Assembly: GCA_045631445.1 (NCBI GenBank)
Contig: JAZQUS010000102.1
Span: 23,916 to 87,915 of the forward strand
Origin: Eubacteriales bacterium
GTDB taxonomy: Bacteria > Bacillota > Clostridia > Oscillospirales > CAG-272
Direction: 5' to 3'
Length of the DNA stretch: 64,000 nt
The translations under genes and the position numbers were made by a program. The notes below the pieces were generated by a model. That model was not told where the DNA came from. It searched no databases and saw nothing but the letters and a program-made list of their open reading frames with translations. Below are positions 18,519 through 27,978 of the stretch, piece after piece (position 1 is the first letter of the stretch; the number at the start of each line of letters is the position of its first letter).

Positions 18519-19802
18519 CTATCTTTGATTTGATTGAACCGTTACCTCAATTCCAAGCTCTTGAAGCTCACGGAAGAAGTAGGTTTCAAGGCGCGCTTCC
18601 TTAATATCGCGCGAGAAAGTTACGTTTAATATATCTCTATAAGTATATGAGCTACAATTATAGGGGGCTTGGGCCTGCGGACCAAGAATAAAATCAACTC
18701 TATCAATGTATTTTCTCATTATTTCAGGGAGTCTTATCTGTCCCAAATTTGAAAAGCTGAGGCAAGATTTTTTTTCACCTACCGAATTAAAAACCATCTT
18801 CATAACAATGTTTTTAATGAAGAGTGGAACTATTCTCAAAATTAATAACTTTTCATCTGCGACATTGGTTTGAATCATTTTCGACATGTTCTTCTGTGTT
18901 GCATAAGTGCCTACCTTGTGGTGGACTATTTTGATAATTTCGTCAAGCGAATAGTCACCAAGTCGAGGATCTAACTCAGGGATAGTATAAAGAGCAAAAT
19001 TTCTTAAGGTTTTGCTATTAAAAATAGGTCTTAAATTTATGGGCACCAAAACCTTAACCGGCTTATATTTTTTAGGATTTTGCACAAGATCAACTTGAAG
19101 CTTTAAAATTGCCTTCATCAAAACAGCAGTTAAGTATGTATTTACCGAAACATTTTTTTCGTGTGCAAGGTGCCATATTTTGTCAGAAGACATCTGAAAA
19201 TTAGTAACATTCAAAAACGCGTCTGGCTCGGGAGTGCCGTCAATTTTCCAAGCATTTGTATCCTTGCGAGTTTCCTTGACAGGAGCGGCATTTTTAAGAA
19301 AGCTATCCTCTGTTTCATAGTGCTTAGGACGTTCCTTTCGTGAAAGAACACCGAATTCACAAGGAATTTCAATCTCGTGCTTCAATTCAAGATATTCTGC
19401 CACAAGTGACTTAAGAAATATCAATCCACCCGTACCATCGGTTAATGCGTGAAATATTTCAAGTGCAATGCGTTTTCTGTAAACGATAACGCGAAAAGCA
19501 CATTCCTTCATTTCTTTTTTTGTCATATATGCGAGCGGATAGCTATATTCCGCCATTATGGCAGGCGGCTCATCCACGGGCTGAAGATAATACCAAAATA
19601 GACCCTGCTTGAGCTTTGCCGCAATACTTGGAAATCTTGGTATCGTATTTTTAACTGCTTGTTCTAATACCTTAAGATCAACATCCTCGTAAAGAGTAGC
19701 TGAAAGACGGAACAAATTGCTCCACGATCTGCTATGCGAGGCAGGATAGATTTTAGCGGCGTTGTCAAGCTTAAACCATTTAAATCTCTTAATATCTTTC
19801 AT
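18519..19802 (-). CDS. Condensation-domain-like (HxxxDG) acyltransferase, alcohol acetyltransferase/WS-DGAT-like
   Basis: 427 aa. Catalytic-type motif HALTDGTGG at about residue 120. COG4908-like architecture. Confidence 0.55.
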   Translation of the reverse strand: MKDIKRFKWFKLDNAAKIYPASHSRSWSNLFRLSATLYEDVDLKVLEQAVKNTIPRFPSIAAKLKQGLFWYYLQPVDEPPAIMAEYSYPLAYMTKKEMKECAFRVIVYRKRIALEIFHALTDGTGGLIFLKSLVAEYLELKHEIEIPCEFGVLSRKERPKHYETEDSFLKNAAPVKETRKDTNAWKIDGTPEPDAFLNVTNFQMSSDKIWHLAHEKNVSVNTYLTAVLMKAILKLQVDLVQNPKKYKPVKVLVPINLRPIFNSKTLRNFALYTIPELDPRLGDYSLDEIIKIVHHKVGTYATQKNMSKMIQTNVADEKLLILRIVPLFIKNIVMKMVFNSVGEKKSCLSFSNLGQIRLPEIMRKYIDRVDFILGPQAQAPYNCSSYTYRDILNVTFSRDIKEARLETYFFRELQELGIEVTVQSNQR

Positions 19803-19805
19803 TTA

Positions 19806-20348
19806 TTATTCCTTATTGCTTGTTGTTAGTTGATTAAACAAAGATATAAATTCATTTTCAATATGAGAAAATTCAATATAATCAAATCTTGGGTTCGACA
19901 TAAGGGTGGGAACGTAATCAAAAATTCTCTCACCAAACAACTCAACGAACTCATAATAAAGAATGGCATCGTCAATTTCAAAAACGAGCTTCCTTTCCTC
20001 ATCAGAAAGGCAGGGAACCCACTTTTCAAAAATTTTGTTTTGAAGAACCTCCTCAACCTCAAGATATTTAGTTAAATGTTTCTTTACAGGTCTGGTAATA
20101 TCCGCAAGATAAGCCTCACTTCCATCGTGTAATAAACATCCTAAAACAACATTTTTTGAGTATCCTCGAGCAATTGCTTCATAAGCGCAATTAAGAGAAT
20201 GGAGCCCAACCGAATAAAAATGCTTGAAATGACCGTTAGCTCTACAAAGTAAAGAAAGCGCATGCGCTATATCAATAATATCAATATCCTCTATCTTAGG
20301 ATTAAGTGGATAAAACTCCTTTTTTTGATAAGTTAAAATATAGCTCAT
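19806..20348 (-). CDS. HD-domain phosphohydrolase
   Basis: HSLNCA...LLHDGSEAYLADITRPVKK HD motif. Start set at the ATG at 20348, 5 nt after GGAGG; the ORF track extends to 20399. Confidence 0.65.
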   Translation of the reverse strand: MSYILTYQKKEFYPLNPKIEDIDIIDIAHALSLLCRANGHFKHFYSVGLHSLNCAYEAIARGYSKNVVLGCLLHDGSEAYLADITRPVKKHLTKYLEVEEVLQNKIFEKWVPCLSDEERKLVFEIDDAILYYEFVELFGERIFDYVPTLMSNPRFDYIEFSHIENEFISLFNQLTTSNKE

Positions 20349-20502
20349 AAGCGCCTCCATAATATTTGCATACAAATTCATAATAATTATATCACACAAA
20401 TTATTATTTGTAAAGAAAAATATTTTTATTTTATGCGTTTTTGCTCTTGTAGAAAAAAATAAAATATGGTATAATAATTAAAAAGAATTTTATGGAGGAA
20501 AT

Positions 20503-21729
20503 ATGAAAATTACTAATAGATTTTTGAAATATGTTTCATACCCAACCATGAGTGATGAAACAAGTGAAACTGTTCCAAGTACTCATAAACAGCTTGTATT
20601 AAGCCAAGCTATTGCCAAAGAGCTTATTGCTCTTGGACTTAAGGATGTCGAACTTGACGAAAAGGGATATCTTTATGCTACATTACCCGCAAATGTTGAA
20701 AATTCAACTATTACACTCGGTCTTGTGGCACACGTTGATACAAGTGATGCGTGCCCTGATTACCCAATCAAAGCACAAATTGTCAAATATGAAGGAAAGG
20801 ATATTTGTCTTAACGAAGAAAAGGGAATTTATCTTACAAAAGAAGAATATCCTTCTTTGAATAAATACGTTGGTGATGACCTTATCGTAACAGATGGAAC
20901 AACGCTTCTTGGTGCAGACGATAAGGCGGGTGTGTGTGCTATTGTTTCTGCGCTTGAGAATATTATAAATAGCGGAGTACCCCACGGCAAAATCAGAATT
21001 TGCTTTACTCCCGATGAAGAAATAGGACGCGGAGCAGACCATTTCGACGTTGAAAAATTCGGTTGCGACTATGCCTACACGGTTGATGGCGGTTCACTCG
21101 GTGAGATAGAATATGAAAATTTCAATGCAGCATCTGCGATAGTAAAATTCAACGGCGTTTCTATTCATCCAGGTTCGGCAAAGGATAAAATGAAAAACGC
21201 ATCACTTATGGCAATGGATTTCAACGCGCTTTTGCCCGCGAATGAAATTCCTGCTCAAACCGAGGGATACGAGGGTTTTTTCCACCTTATCGAGATGAGT
21301 GGTGAATGTGAAAGTGCAACCCTTGTATACATAATTCGCGACCACGATAAAGAAAAATTCCAATCTAAAAAGGAACTTTTCCTCGAATGTGCCAAAAAAA
21401 TCAACTCAAAATACGGTGAGGGATCTTGCGTAGCAACAGTTAAGGACTCCTACTTCAATATGAAGGAAATCATCGATAACCATATGTACACAATTGATAG
21501 AGCAGTTGAAGCTATGGAACAGGTTGGCGTAAAACCGCTCATTGTTCCTATTCGTGGCGGTACTGACGGCGCGCGTCTCTCATTTATGGGATTGCCTTGC
21601 CCCAATATCTGCACGGGCGGTGAGAATTTCCACTCTCGCTTTGAATATCTCTCCGTTCAATCACTTCATAAGGTAGTAGAAATTGTAGAAAGAATTATCA
21701 TTAATGCAACTTATGCTGAAAGGAACTGA
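20503..21729 (+). CDS. pepT: Peptidase T (tripeptide aminopeptidase, M20B)
   Basis: N-terminal RFLKYVSYPTMSDE, GLVAHVDTSD, LGADDKAG and PDEEIGRGA motifs. 408 aa. Confidence 0.9.
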   Translation: MKITNRFLKYVSYPTMSDETSETVPSTHKQLVLSQAIAKELIALGLKDVELDEKGYLYATLPANVENSTITLGLVAHVDTSDACPDYPIKAQIVKYEGKDICLNEEKGIYLTKEEYPSLNKYVGDDLIVTDGTTLLGADDKAGVCAIVSALENIINSGVPHGKIRICFTPDEEIGRGADHFDVEKFGCDYAYTVDGGSLGEIEYENFNAASAIVKFNGVSIHPGSAKDKMKNASLMAMDFNALLPANEIPAQTEGYEGFFHLIEMSGECESATLVYIIRDHDKEKFQSKKELFLECAKKINSKYGEGSCVATVKDSYFNMKEIIDNHMYTIDRAVEAMEQVGVKPLIVPIRGGTDGARLSFMGLPCPNICTGGENFHSRFEYLSVQSLHKVVEIVERIIINATYAERN

Positions 21730-21731
21730 AA

Positions 21732-22301
21732 ATGGCTAAATTATATTTCAAATATGGAGCAATGGGCTCTTCAAAAACCGCAAACGCACTTATCACAAAA
21801 TTCAATTACGAAGAAAGAGGAATGAGAGTTTGGCTCATTAAGCCCTCTATTGATGACCGTGACGGCGCGGATATAATCCGTTCAAGAATTGGTCTTGAAC
21901 AAAGAGCGCAAATTATCACTCCCGATATGGATATTTTTGAAGAATTCAAAAGCCACGTTAGTACACACGCAATTATTGCGGACGAATGTCAGTTCTTTAC
22001 AAGTGCGCAAATTGATCAGCTTCGCAAAATAGTTGACGAGCTTGAAATCCCCGTGCTTTGCTTTGGACTTCGTACCGATTTCTTAACTCACACCTTTGAG
22101 GGAAGCCACCGTCTTTTCGAGGTTGCAGACTCTATTTCCGAGATTAAAACAATCTGCACCTGCGGTAAAAAAGCCGTGGTAAATGCAAGAATTGACGGTA
22201 ATGGAAAGGTTGTAACCGAGGGCGGACAAATCCTCATTGGTGGAAACGACTCCTATGTCGCAATGTGCCACGCCTGCTGGAAAAAGGCGACTAAAGAATA
22301 A
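21732..22301 (+). CDS. tdk: Thymidine kinase
   Basis: MAKLYFKYGAMGSSKTANAL P-loop, colinear with E. coli-type Tdk. C-terminal zinc-binding cysteines (CTCG...CHAC). Confidence 0.9.
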   Translation: MAKLYFKYGAMGSSKTANALITKFNYEERGMRVWLIKPSIDDRDGADIIRSRIGLEQRAQIITPDMDIFEEFKSHVSTHAIIADECQFFTSAQIDQLRKIVDELEIPVLCFGLRTDFLTHTFEGSHRLFEVADSISEIKTICTCGKKAVVNARIDGNGKVVTEGGQILIGGNDSYVAMCHACWKKATKE

Positions 22302-22307
22302 CGATAA

Positions 22308-22340
22308 AACCCGACGGAAACTCCGTCGGGTTATCTTTTT
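22308..22340. terminator. Bidirectional intrinsic terminator between tdk and xth
   Basis: AACCCGACGGA (22308-22318), loop, TCCGTCGGGTT (22322-22332), then ATCTTTTT. Confidence 0.85.
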
Positions 22341-23091
22341 AAATATCAATTTCAATCGAAACAGGGCAATGATCACTACCCATAATCTCGGTGTGGATTT
22401 TTGCTTCCTTAACCTTATCCATAATGCGATTAGAAACTACGAAATAGTCAATTCTCCAACCAACGTTCTTTTGTCTTGCTTGAAACATATAGCTCCACCA
22501 AGAATATTCAACCTTGTCGGGATAAAGCGAACGGAATGTGTCAGAGAAACCACTATTTAAAAGCTCACTAAACTTTCCTCTCTCCTCGTCTGTAAATCCG
22601 GCAGAGAAGTGGTTGGTTTTAGGATTCTTAAGGTCAATTTCCTCGTGCGCCACGTTAAGATCTCCGCAATAAATCACGGGCTTAACCTTGTCAAGCTCCA
22701 TCATATAATTTCTGAGCGCATCCTCCCAAGTCATCCTATAATCAAGTCGAGTTAATTCTCTTTGTGAGTTAGGAGTATAAACATTCAAAAGATAGAAATT
22801 CTCATATTCAAGTGTAATTGCACGCCCCTCGTGGTCGTGCTCATCAATACCAAGACCGTATTTTACCGAAATCGGCTCGCGCTTTGCAAAAATTGCCGTG
22901 CCGCTATAACCCTTTTTTTCCGCGCTATACCAAAATTGATGATGATTGGGTGTATCAAATTCCGCCTGACCGGGTTGCATCTTCGACTCTTGAATAGAGA
23001 AGAAATCCGCATCCTCATTTGCAAAAAAATCACCAAATCCCTTATTTAAACAAGCCCTAAAGCCGTTAACGTTCCAAGAAATAAACTTCAT
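22339..23091 (-). CDS. xth: Exodeoxyribonuclease III
   Basis: MKFISWNVNGFRA, QESK, GDLNVAH and the C-terminal GSDHCPV motif. Start at 23091 is supported by an AAGGAG RBS; the ORF track extends to 23139. Confidence 0.9.
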   Translation of the reverse strand: MKFISWNVNGFRACLNKGFGDFFANEDADFFSIQESKMQPGQAEFDTPNHHQFWYSAEKKGYSGTAIFAKREPISVKYGLGIDEHDHEGRAITLEYENFYLLNVYTPNSQRELTRLDYRMTWEDALRNYMMELDKVKPVIYCGDLNVAHEEIDLKNPKTNHFSAGFTDEERGKFSELLNSGFSDTFRSLYPDKVEYSWWSYMFQARQKNVGWRIDYFVVSNRIMDKVKEAKIHTEIMGSDHCPVSIEIDI

Positions 23092-23213
23092 AAATATCTC
23101 CTTTGTTTTTCTAAGTATATAATACCACAAAAATCTCAACTTTTCAACTAAAATCTCTTTTCAAATGCAAAAAAATATGATATAATAAATCAATACAATT
23201 TTTAGGAGAAAAT

Positions 23214-24290
23214 ATGAAGCTTTTAAGATCAATAATTACGTTGCTTGTCATAATGAGCTTGCTCGTTTCCTGTTACTCCTTTACGGGTGAGAGCACTTCA
23301 AATACAACGATACCAACTCAATCAACTACAACTACGTCAAAAGAATTCATCAACTTTGACCCCGATGCAGACGTTACCGATAAACCTGAAACCGATCCAT
23401 ATGCTAATATGACTGAAGAAGAGTTTTATGCAAATTATACACCTGCTACAAGCTATTGGGATGCATATTACAGAACCCAGCACTTCTTTATGTCAGGTTC
23501 TATTGAAGATCAGGATCAAGCGCCTACTCTCGCAGAAAATCAACCAAAGGAAAATGGTCTGTTCATTCGTAACACAAGCGCACTTTATTCCTCTGATGGA
23601 CAAATATACTATGTAATTGATGCGGAAGGGAATATTGTAAATAAAATCTATAAGGGAGCCGCCTATATAACACTCGAAGAAGTAGCAGCTTACGTATTCG
23701 CATTTGGTGAAATCCCTGCCAATTATGATTCAAACAAAAAAGCAAAGCCAACGAGCAGTTCGTGGGGCAAATATTTAAGAGTAAATAATACGTATTTTTC
23801 AGGCAATACCTCAAAATATCCATACGAACCCGTGCTTCCCAATATTTCGGGTTGTGGTGGTGAGCTTGACTATTATGAAATTGATATTGGAACAACGGGT
23901 ACTGATTGTGACCCTTCATATACTGCAACTATTTATAATAACGGTTCAAAAATTACCCGCGGTGCCGCGCGCATTGTTTATACGAGATACGATAAAAACG
24001 GCGATAAAATTATTGATATAAACGAAAAATATCTTTTCTATACCTATAATCACTACAATGATTTCCAAGAATACCTTAACTATGAGGGTGGTTGGGGAGA
24101 AATGTTTGGAAATATAACCGGTGGCGGTACGATTTCAAGCAAATATGATTATAATCCCACACCATATGTTCAAGTTATAAGAAAGAACCTCTTCACAGAT
24201 AAAGCAGAAACTACAAGCACCGAATATATAGAGGTTGCTTTCATTTATTTCGAGAAAAAATACTATATTGATAACACATATTGTGCATAA
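23214..24290 (+). CDS. Barnase/binase-family (N1/T1 superfamily) ribonuclease lipoprotein
   Basis: Lipobox LLVSC. The C-terminal ~150 aa are colinear with barnase: EVAAYVFAFGEIPANY (compare YHKLPDNY), YFSGNT...LP, YYEIDIG (catalytic Glu position), TRGAARIVY (two Arg) and YTYNHYNDFQEY (His position). Confidence 0.7.
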   Translation: MKLLRSIITLLVIMSLLVSCYSFTGESTSNTTIPTQSTTTTSKEFINFDPDADVTDKPETDPYANMTEEEFYANYTPATSYWDAYYRTQHFFMSGSIEDQDQAPTLAENQPKENGLFIRNTSALYSSDGQIYYVIDAEGNIVNKIYKGAAYITLEEVAAYVFAFGEIPANYDSNKKAKPTSSSWGKYLRVNNTYFSGNTSKYPYEPVLPNISGCGGELDYYEIDIGTTGTDCDPSYTATIYNNGSKITRGAARIVYTRYDKNGDKIIDINEKYLFYTYNHYNDFQEYLNYEGGWGEMFGNITGGGTISSKYDYNPTPYVQVIRKNLFTDKAETTSTEYIEVAFIYFEKKYYIDNTYCA

Positions 24291-24299
24291 GGAGAATTT

Positions 24300-25802
24300 A
24301 TGAATTTACAAGAAGCAATTAAAAAATTATACCTTTGGCAAAATAAACTTAGCGCATATAATCACGCAATGTCAATTATTTACTATGATGGCTCAACCGT
24401 CGCACCAAAGAAAACCGCACAAAACCGAGCTCATACTCTCGGCATTTTAAGTGAAGAAATGTATAATCTTACAACTAATGAAGAAACCGTTGAAATGCTT
24501 GAATTTCTTGATGCTCACAAAGACGAGCTTGATGAAAAAGAGCAGAGAATAGTTTACCTTGCCTGCAAGGGTATGAAAGAAATGAAGAAAATACCGCTTG
24601 AAGAATATATCGCATATCAAGAGTTGCTTGTAAATGCAGGTGATGTTTGGCATACCGCAAAGGAAACCGACGATTTCGAGCTTTTCCGCCCATATCTTGA
24701 ACAGATTTTTGAATATAATAAGAAATTTGCAAATTATTGCGCTCCCGAAATGCACCCCTACGATTATTGGCTCGATCAGTATGAAAAGGGACTTTCAATG
24801 GAAAAATGCGATGAATTTTTCGCAACATTGAAATCTAAAATTGTTCCGCTCATCAAGAAAATCGGAGAAGCAAAGCAGGTTGACGATTCTTGCATTCACG
24901 GTGATTTTGACGAACTTTCGCAGGAGAAATTCTCACTTGAGCTTATGAAAATTATGGGCATTGACCTTGGTGTTTGCGGACTTGGAACTACTGAGCATCC
25001 TTTTACCACAAGCATCGGCTCTCATTATGATGTAAGAATAACCACAAACTACGATAAAACTAACTTCTCATCTTCAATGTTTAGCGTTATCCATGAAGGC
25101 GGACACGCTCTATATGAAATGAATCCTCAGGAAGATTTCGCATACACATATCTTGATGGTGGTGTTTCAATGGGTATCCACGAAAGCCAAAGCCGTTTTT
25201 ATGAAAACCTTCTTGGCAGAAGTGAAGGATTTGTTAACTATGTATTCCCAATGGTTTGTGAATGTTTCCCGGAACACATGAAGGGGTATAATGCAAATGA
25301 TCTTTATCGTGCAATCAACCTTGTAACTCCTTCTTTGATACGCACCGAGTCGGACGAGGTGACCTACTCTTTGCATGTTATGGTTCGTTATGAGCTCGAA
25401 AAGAGAATAATGAGTGGATCCCTTGAAGTAAAAGACATTGCATTCGAATGGAAGAAGCTTTATAAAGAATATCTTGGAGTTGATGTGCCAAACGATAGAG
25501 AAGGTGTACTCCAGGATAGTCACTGGTCGGGCGGTAGCATAGGTTACTTCCCATCATATGCACTCGGATCTGCTTACGGAGCTCATCTTCTTCATAAAAT
25601 GAAACAAGAAGTTGATGTGGATAAATGCCTTGAAGAAGGCAATTTTGCTCCCATAAACGAATGGAATAGAGAGCACATTTGGAAATACGGTTGTCTCAAA
25701 AATCCCGATGAGCTTCTCAAAAACGCTCTTGGTGAAGAGTTTGATCCTACATATTTCACCAACTACCTTGAAGAAAAATACTCCAAAATATATAATCTTT
25801 AA
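24300..25802 (+). CDS. Carboxypeptidase M32 (Taq-type)
   Basis: HEGGHALYE zinc motif, HESQSRFYEN and the DSHWSGG/GYFPSY motifs. 500 aa. Confidence 0.9.
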   Translation: MNLQEAIKKLYLWQNKLSAYNHAMSIIYYDGSTVAPKKTAQNRAHTLGILSEEMYNLTTNEETVEMLEFLDAHKDELDEKEQRIVYLACKGMKEMKKIPLEEYIAYQELLVNAGDVWHTAKETDDFELFRPYLEQIFEYNKKFANYCAPEMHPYDYWLDQYEKGLSMEKCDEFFATLKSKIVPLIKKIGEAKQVDDSCIHGDFDELSQEKFSLELMKIMGIDLGVCGLGTTEHPFTTSIGSHYDVRITTNYDKTNFSSSMFSVIHEGGHALYEMNPQEDFAYTYLDGGVSMGIHESQSRFYENLLGRSEGFVNYVFPMVCECFPEHMKGYNANDLYRAINLVTPSLIRTESDEVTYSLHVMVRYELEKRIMSGSLEVKDIAFEWKKLYKEYLGVDVPNDREGVLQDSHWSGGSIGYFPSYALGSAYGAHLLHKMKQEVDVDKCLEEGNFAPINEWNREHIWKYGCLKNPDELLKNALGEEFDPTYFTNYLEEKYSKIYNL

Positions 25803-25812
25803 AAAATATAAC

Positions 25813-25843
25813 AAGAAGCACTGCAGTGCTTCTTTTTTTTTTT
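25813..25843 (+). terminator. Intrinsic terminator
   Basis: AAGAAGCAC TGCA GTGCTTCTT palindrome followed by a T10 run. Confidence 0.85.
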
Positions 25844-25922
25844 ATAAAATTCTATTGACAAAATCAGGAACTTGTGATAATATAACGGTTGATATATAAC
25901 AAATGCTATACTAGGAGGATTT

Positions 25923-26480
25923 ATGCCACCCAAAGTAAAAGTAACTAAAGAAGAAATTATAAATACCACTGTTGAACTTGTGCGTGCAGGCGGTCATAAT
26001 GCAATAAACGCAAGAGCAATAGCATATTCACTAAATTGTTCAACACAACCTATTTTCTCTAATTTTGAGAGTATGGAGGAATTGGAACAGTGCACTATAT
26101 TGACTGCATATAATATTTATCTCAATTTTATTAAGAATGAAGTAGAAAGCGGTAAATATCCTAAATATAAAGCGTTCGGAATGGCATATATTAGATTTGC
26201 TAAAGAAGAAAGAGAACTTTTCAAACTCTTATTTATGCGAGATAGATCCGGTGAAGATGTATCATTATCTCCAGATTTTGATGAATCCGTTAAAATGATA
26301 ATGGAAGCAAATAACGTTTCTTACGATATAGCAGAATTAATTCATCTCGAAATGTGGGCGTGCGTACACGGAATCGGAACGATACTCGCAACCTCGTTTA
26401 TGCCTCTTGAATGGGAACTTATCAGCCAAATCATAAGTGACGTATATCACGGAATAATCTCTAAATACAGAAAGGAGTGA
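25923..26480 (+). CDS. TetR/AcrR family transcriptional regulator
   Basis: 185 aa. N-terminal HTH region (IINTTVELVRAGGHNAINARAIAYSLNCSTQPIFSNF). Confidence 0.75.
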   Translation: MPPKVKVTKEEIINTTVELVRAGGHNAINARAIAYSLNCSTQPIFSNFESMEELEQCTILTAYNIYLNFIKNEVESGKYPKYKAFGMAYIRFAKEERELFKLLFMRDRSGEDVSLSPDFDESVKMIMEANNVSYDIAELIHLEMWACVHGIGTILATSFMPLEWELISQIISDVYHGIISKYRKE

Positions 26481-26484
26481 TATA

Positions 26485-27213
26485 ATGATTGCAATCAGAA
26501 CTCAAGAACTAACAAAAAAATATAAAGATCTTGTTGCAGTGGATAAATTAAATCTCACAATAAACGAAGGAGAATTATTTTCTTTACTCGGTGTGAACGG
26601 AGCAGGTAAAACAACAACTATTAAAATGCTATCTTGTCTAACAAAAGCAACAAGTGGAGATGCATTTTTGCTTGGCGAAAGCATAAAAAATAATGCATCA
26701 GAAGTGAAATCCATGATTGCAGTATCACCCCAAGAAACCGCAGTTGCTCCGGCACTTACAGTTTATGAGAATCTTGAGTTTATTTGCGGAATTTACGGAT
26801 TTACAAGAGAAAAATCCAATTCAAAAATAGAAGAATTAATTAAACTGCTATCATTAGATAGTGTAATTAACAAAAAAGCAAGCAAACTTTCCGGCGGATA
26901 TACTCGTCGTTTAAGTATCGCAATGGCACTTATAAGCGAACCGAAAATCCTTTTTCTTGACGAGCCAACATTAGGACTCGACGTTATTGCACGAAGTGAA
27001 CTTTGGGATATAATTCGTTCTTTAAAGGGAAAGGTAACCATTATTTTGACAACACACTATATGGAAGAAGCCGAGGAGCTTTCGGACCGTATTGGAATTA
27101 TGAAAGACGGTAAACTCCTAATTTGTGACACTCCCAAAGCTATAAAATCACAAACAAATGAAGAAACAATTGAAAAAGCATTTATTAAAGTAGTAAAGGA
27201 GGCAGTAAAATGA
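26485..27213 (+). CDS. ABC transporter ATP-binding protein (ABC-2 type exporter)
   Basis: Walker A GVNGAGKTT, signature LSGGYTRRL, Walker B ILFLDEPT. Confidence 0.9.
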   Translation: MIAIRTQELTKKYKDLVAVDKLNLTINEGELFSLLGVNGAGKTTTIKMLSCLTKATSGDAFLLGESIKNNASEVKSMIAVSPQETAVAPALTVYENLEFICGIYGFTREKSNSKIEELIKLLSLDSVINKKASKLSGGYTRRLSIAMALISEPKILFLDEPTLGLDVIARSELWDIIRSLKGKVTIILTTHYMEEAEELSDRIGIMKDGKLLICDTPKAIKSQTNEETIEKAFIKVVKEAVK

Positions 27214-27941
27214 GAATGTTAACCTTTGCAAAACGAAATTTAAAAGAAATTATTCGCGATCCATTAAATCTTTGTTTTCTTTTTGGATTTCCCATTGTAC
27301 TTTTACTACTTTTAAGCGCAATTCAAGCCAATATTCCCGTATCAATGTTCGAAATTGAACACCTTTCCCCCGGAATAGCTGTTTTCGGCCTAGCGTTTAT
27401 GACCTTGTTTTCGGCAACATTAATTTCAAAAGACAGACAAAGCAGCTTTATGCAACGTCTTTACACAACTCCAATGCAACCGATTGATTTTATCCTTGGT
27501 TATACTCTTCCATTAATTCCAATCGCCTTAATTGAAGGAGTGGCAACATATATTTTTGCAATTATACTTGGTCTTGAAATAACTATCAATATAGTTCTTT
27601 CAATTATCCTTCTAATTCCAATCGCACTTTTGTATATTGGTATAGGACTTCTTTGTGGTAGTATATTTAACGATAAGCAAGTTGGCGGAATTTGTGGTGC
27701 ACTATTAACCAACTTATCTGCTTGGTTTTCAGGAATATGGTTTGATCTTGACCTTGTCGGCGGCGGATTTAAAAAAGTAGCCTATGCACTCCCATTTGCA
27801 CACTCAGTAGAAATGCAAAGAGCGGTTATTTTAGGAAATTATAGTGATATATTGCCACATCTTTTATGGGTAGTCGGATATGCACTCGTAATAATTTTCA
27901 TAGCAATATATCTATTCCTTCGTCAAATGAAAAAGCAATAA
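27210..27941 (+). CDS. ABC-2 type transporter permease
   Basis: 243 aa, 6 predicted TM. ATGA overlap with the ATPase gene. Confidence 0.75.
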   Translation: MRMLTFAKRNLKEIIRDPLNLCFLFGFPIVLLLLLSAIQANIPVSMFEIEHLSPGIAVFGLAFMTLFSATLISKDRQSSFMQRLYTTPMQPIDFILGYTLPLIPIALIEGVATYIFAIILGLEITINIVLSIILLIPIALLYIGIGLLCGSIFNDKQVGGICGALLTNLSAWFSGIWFDLDLVGGGFKKVAYALPFAHSVEMQRAVILGNYSDILPHLLWVVGYALVIIFIAIYLFLRQMKKQ

Positions 27942-27946
27942 AAAAT

Positions 27947-27973
27947 GAGCCCTCGATTTGAGGGCTCTATTTT
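27947..27973. terminator. Bidirectional intrinsic terminator
   Basis: GAGCCCTC (27947-27954), loop GATTT, GAGGGCTC (27960-27967), then TATTTT. Confidence 0.8.
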
Positions 27974-27978
27974 GTTAA

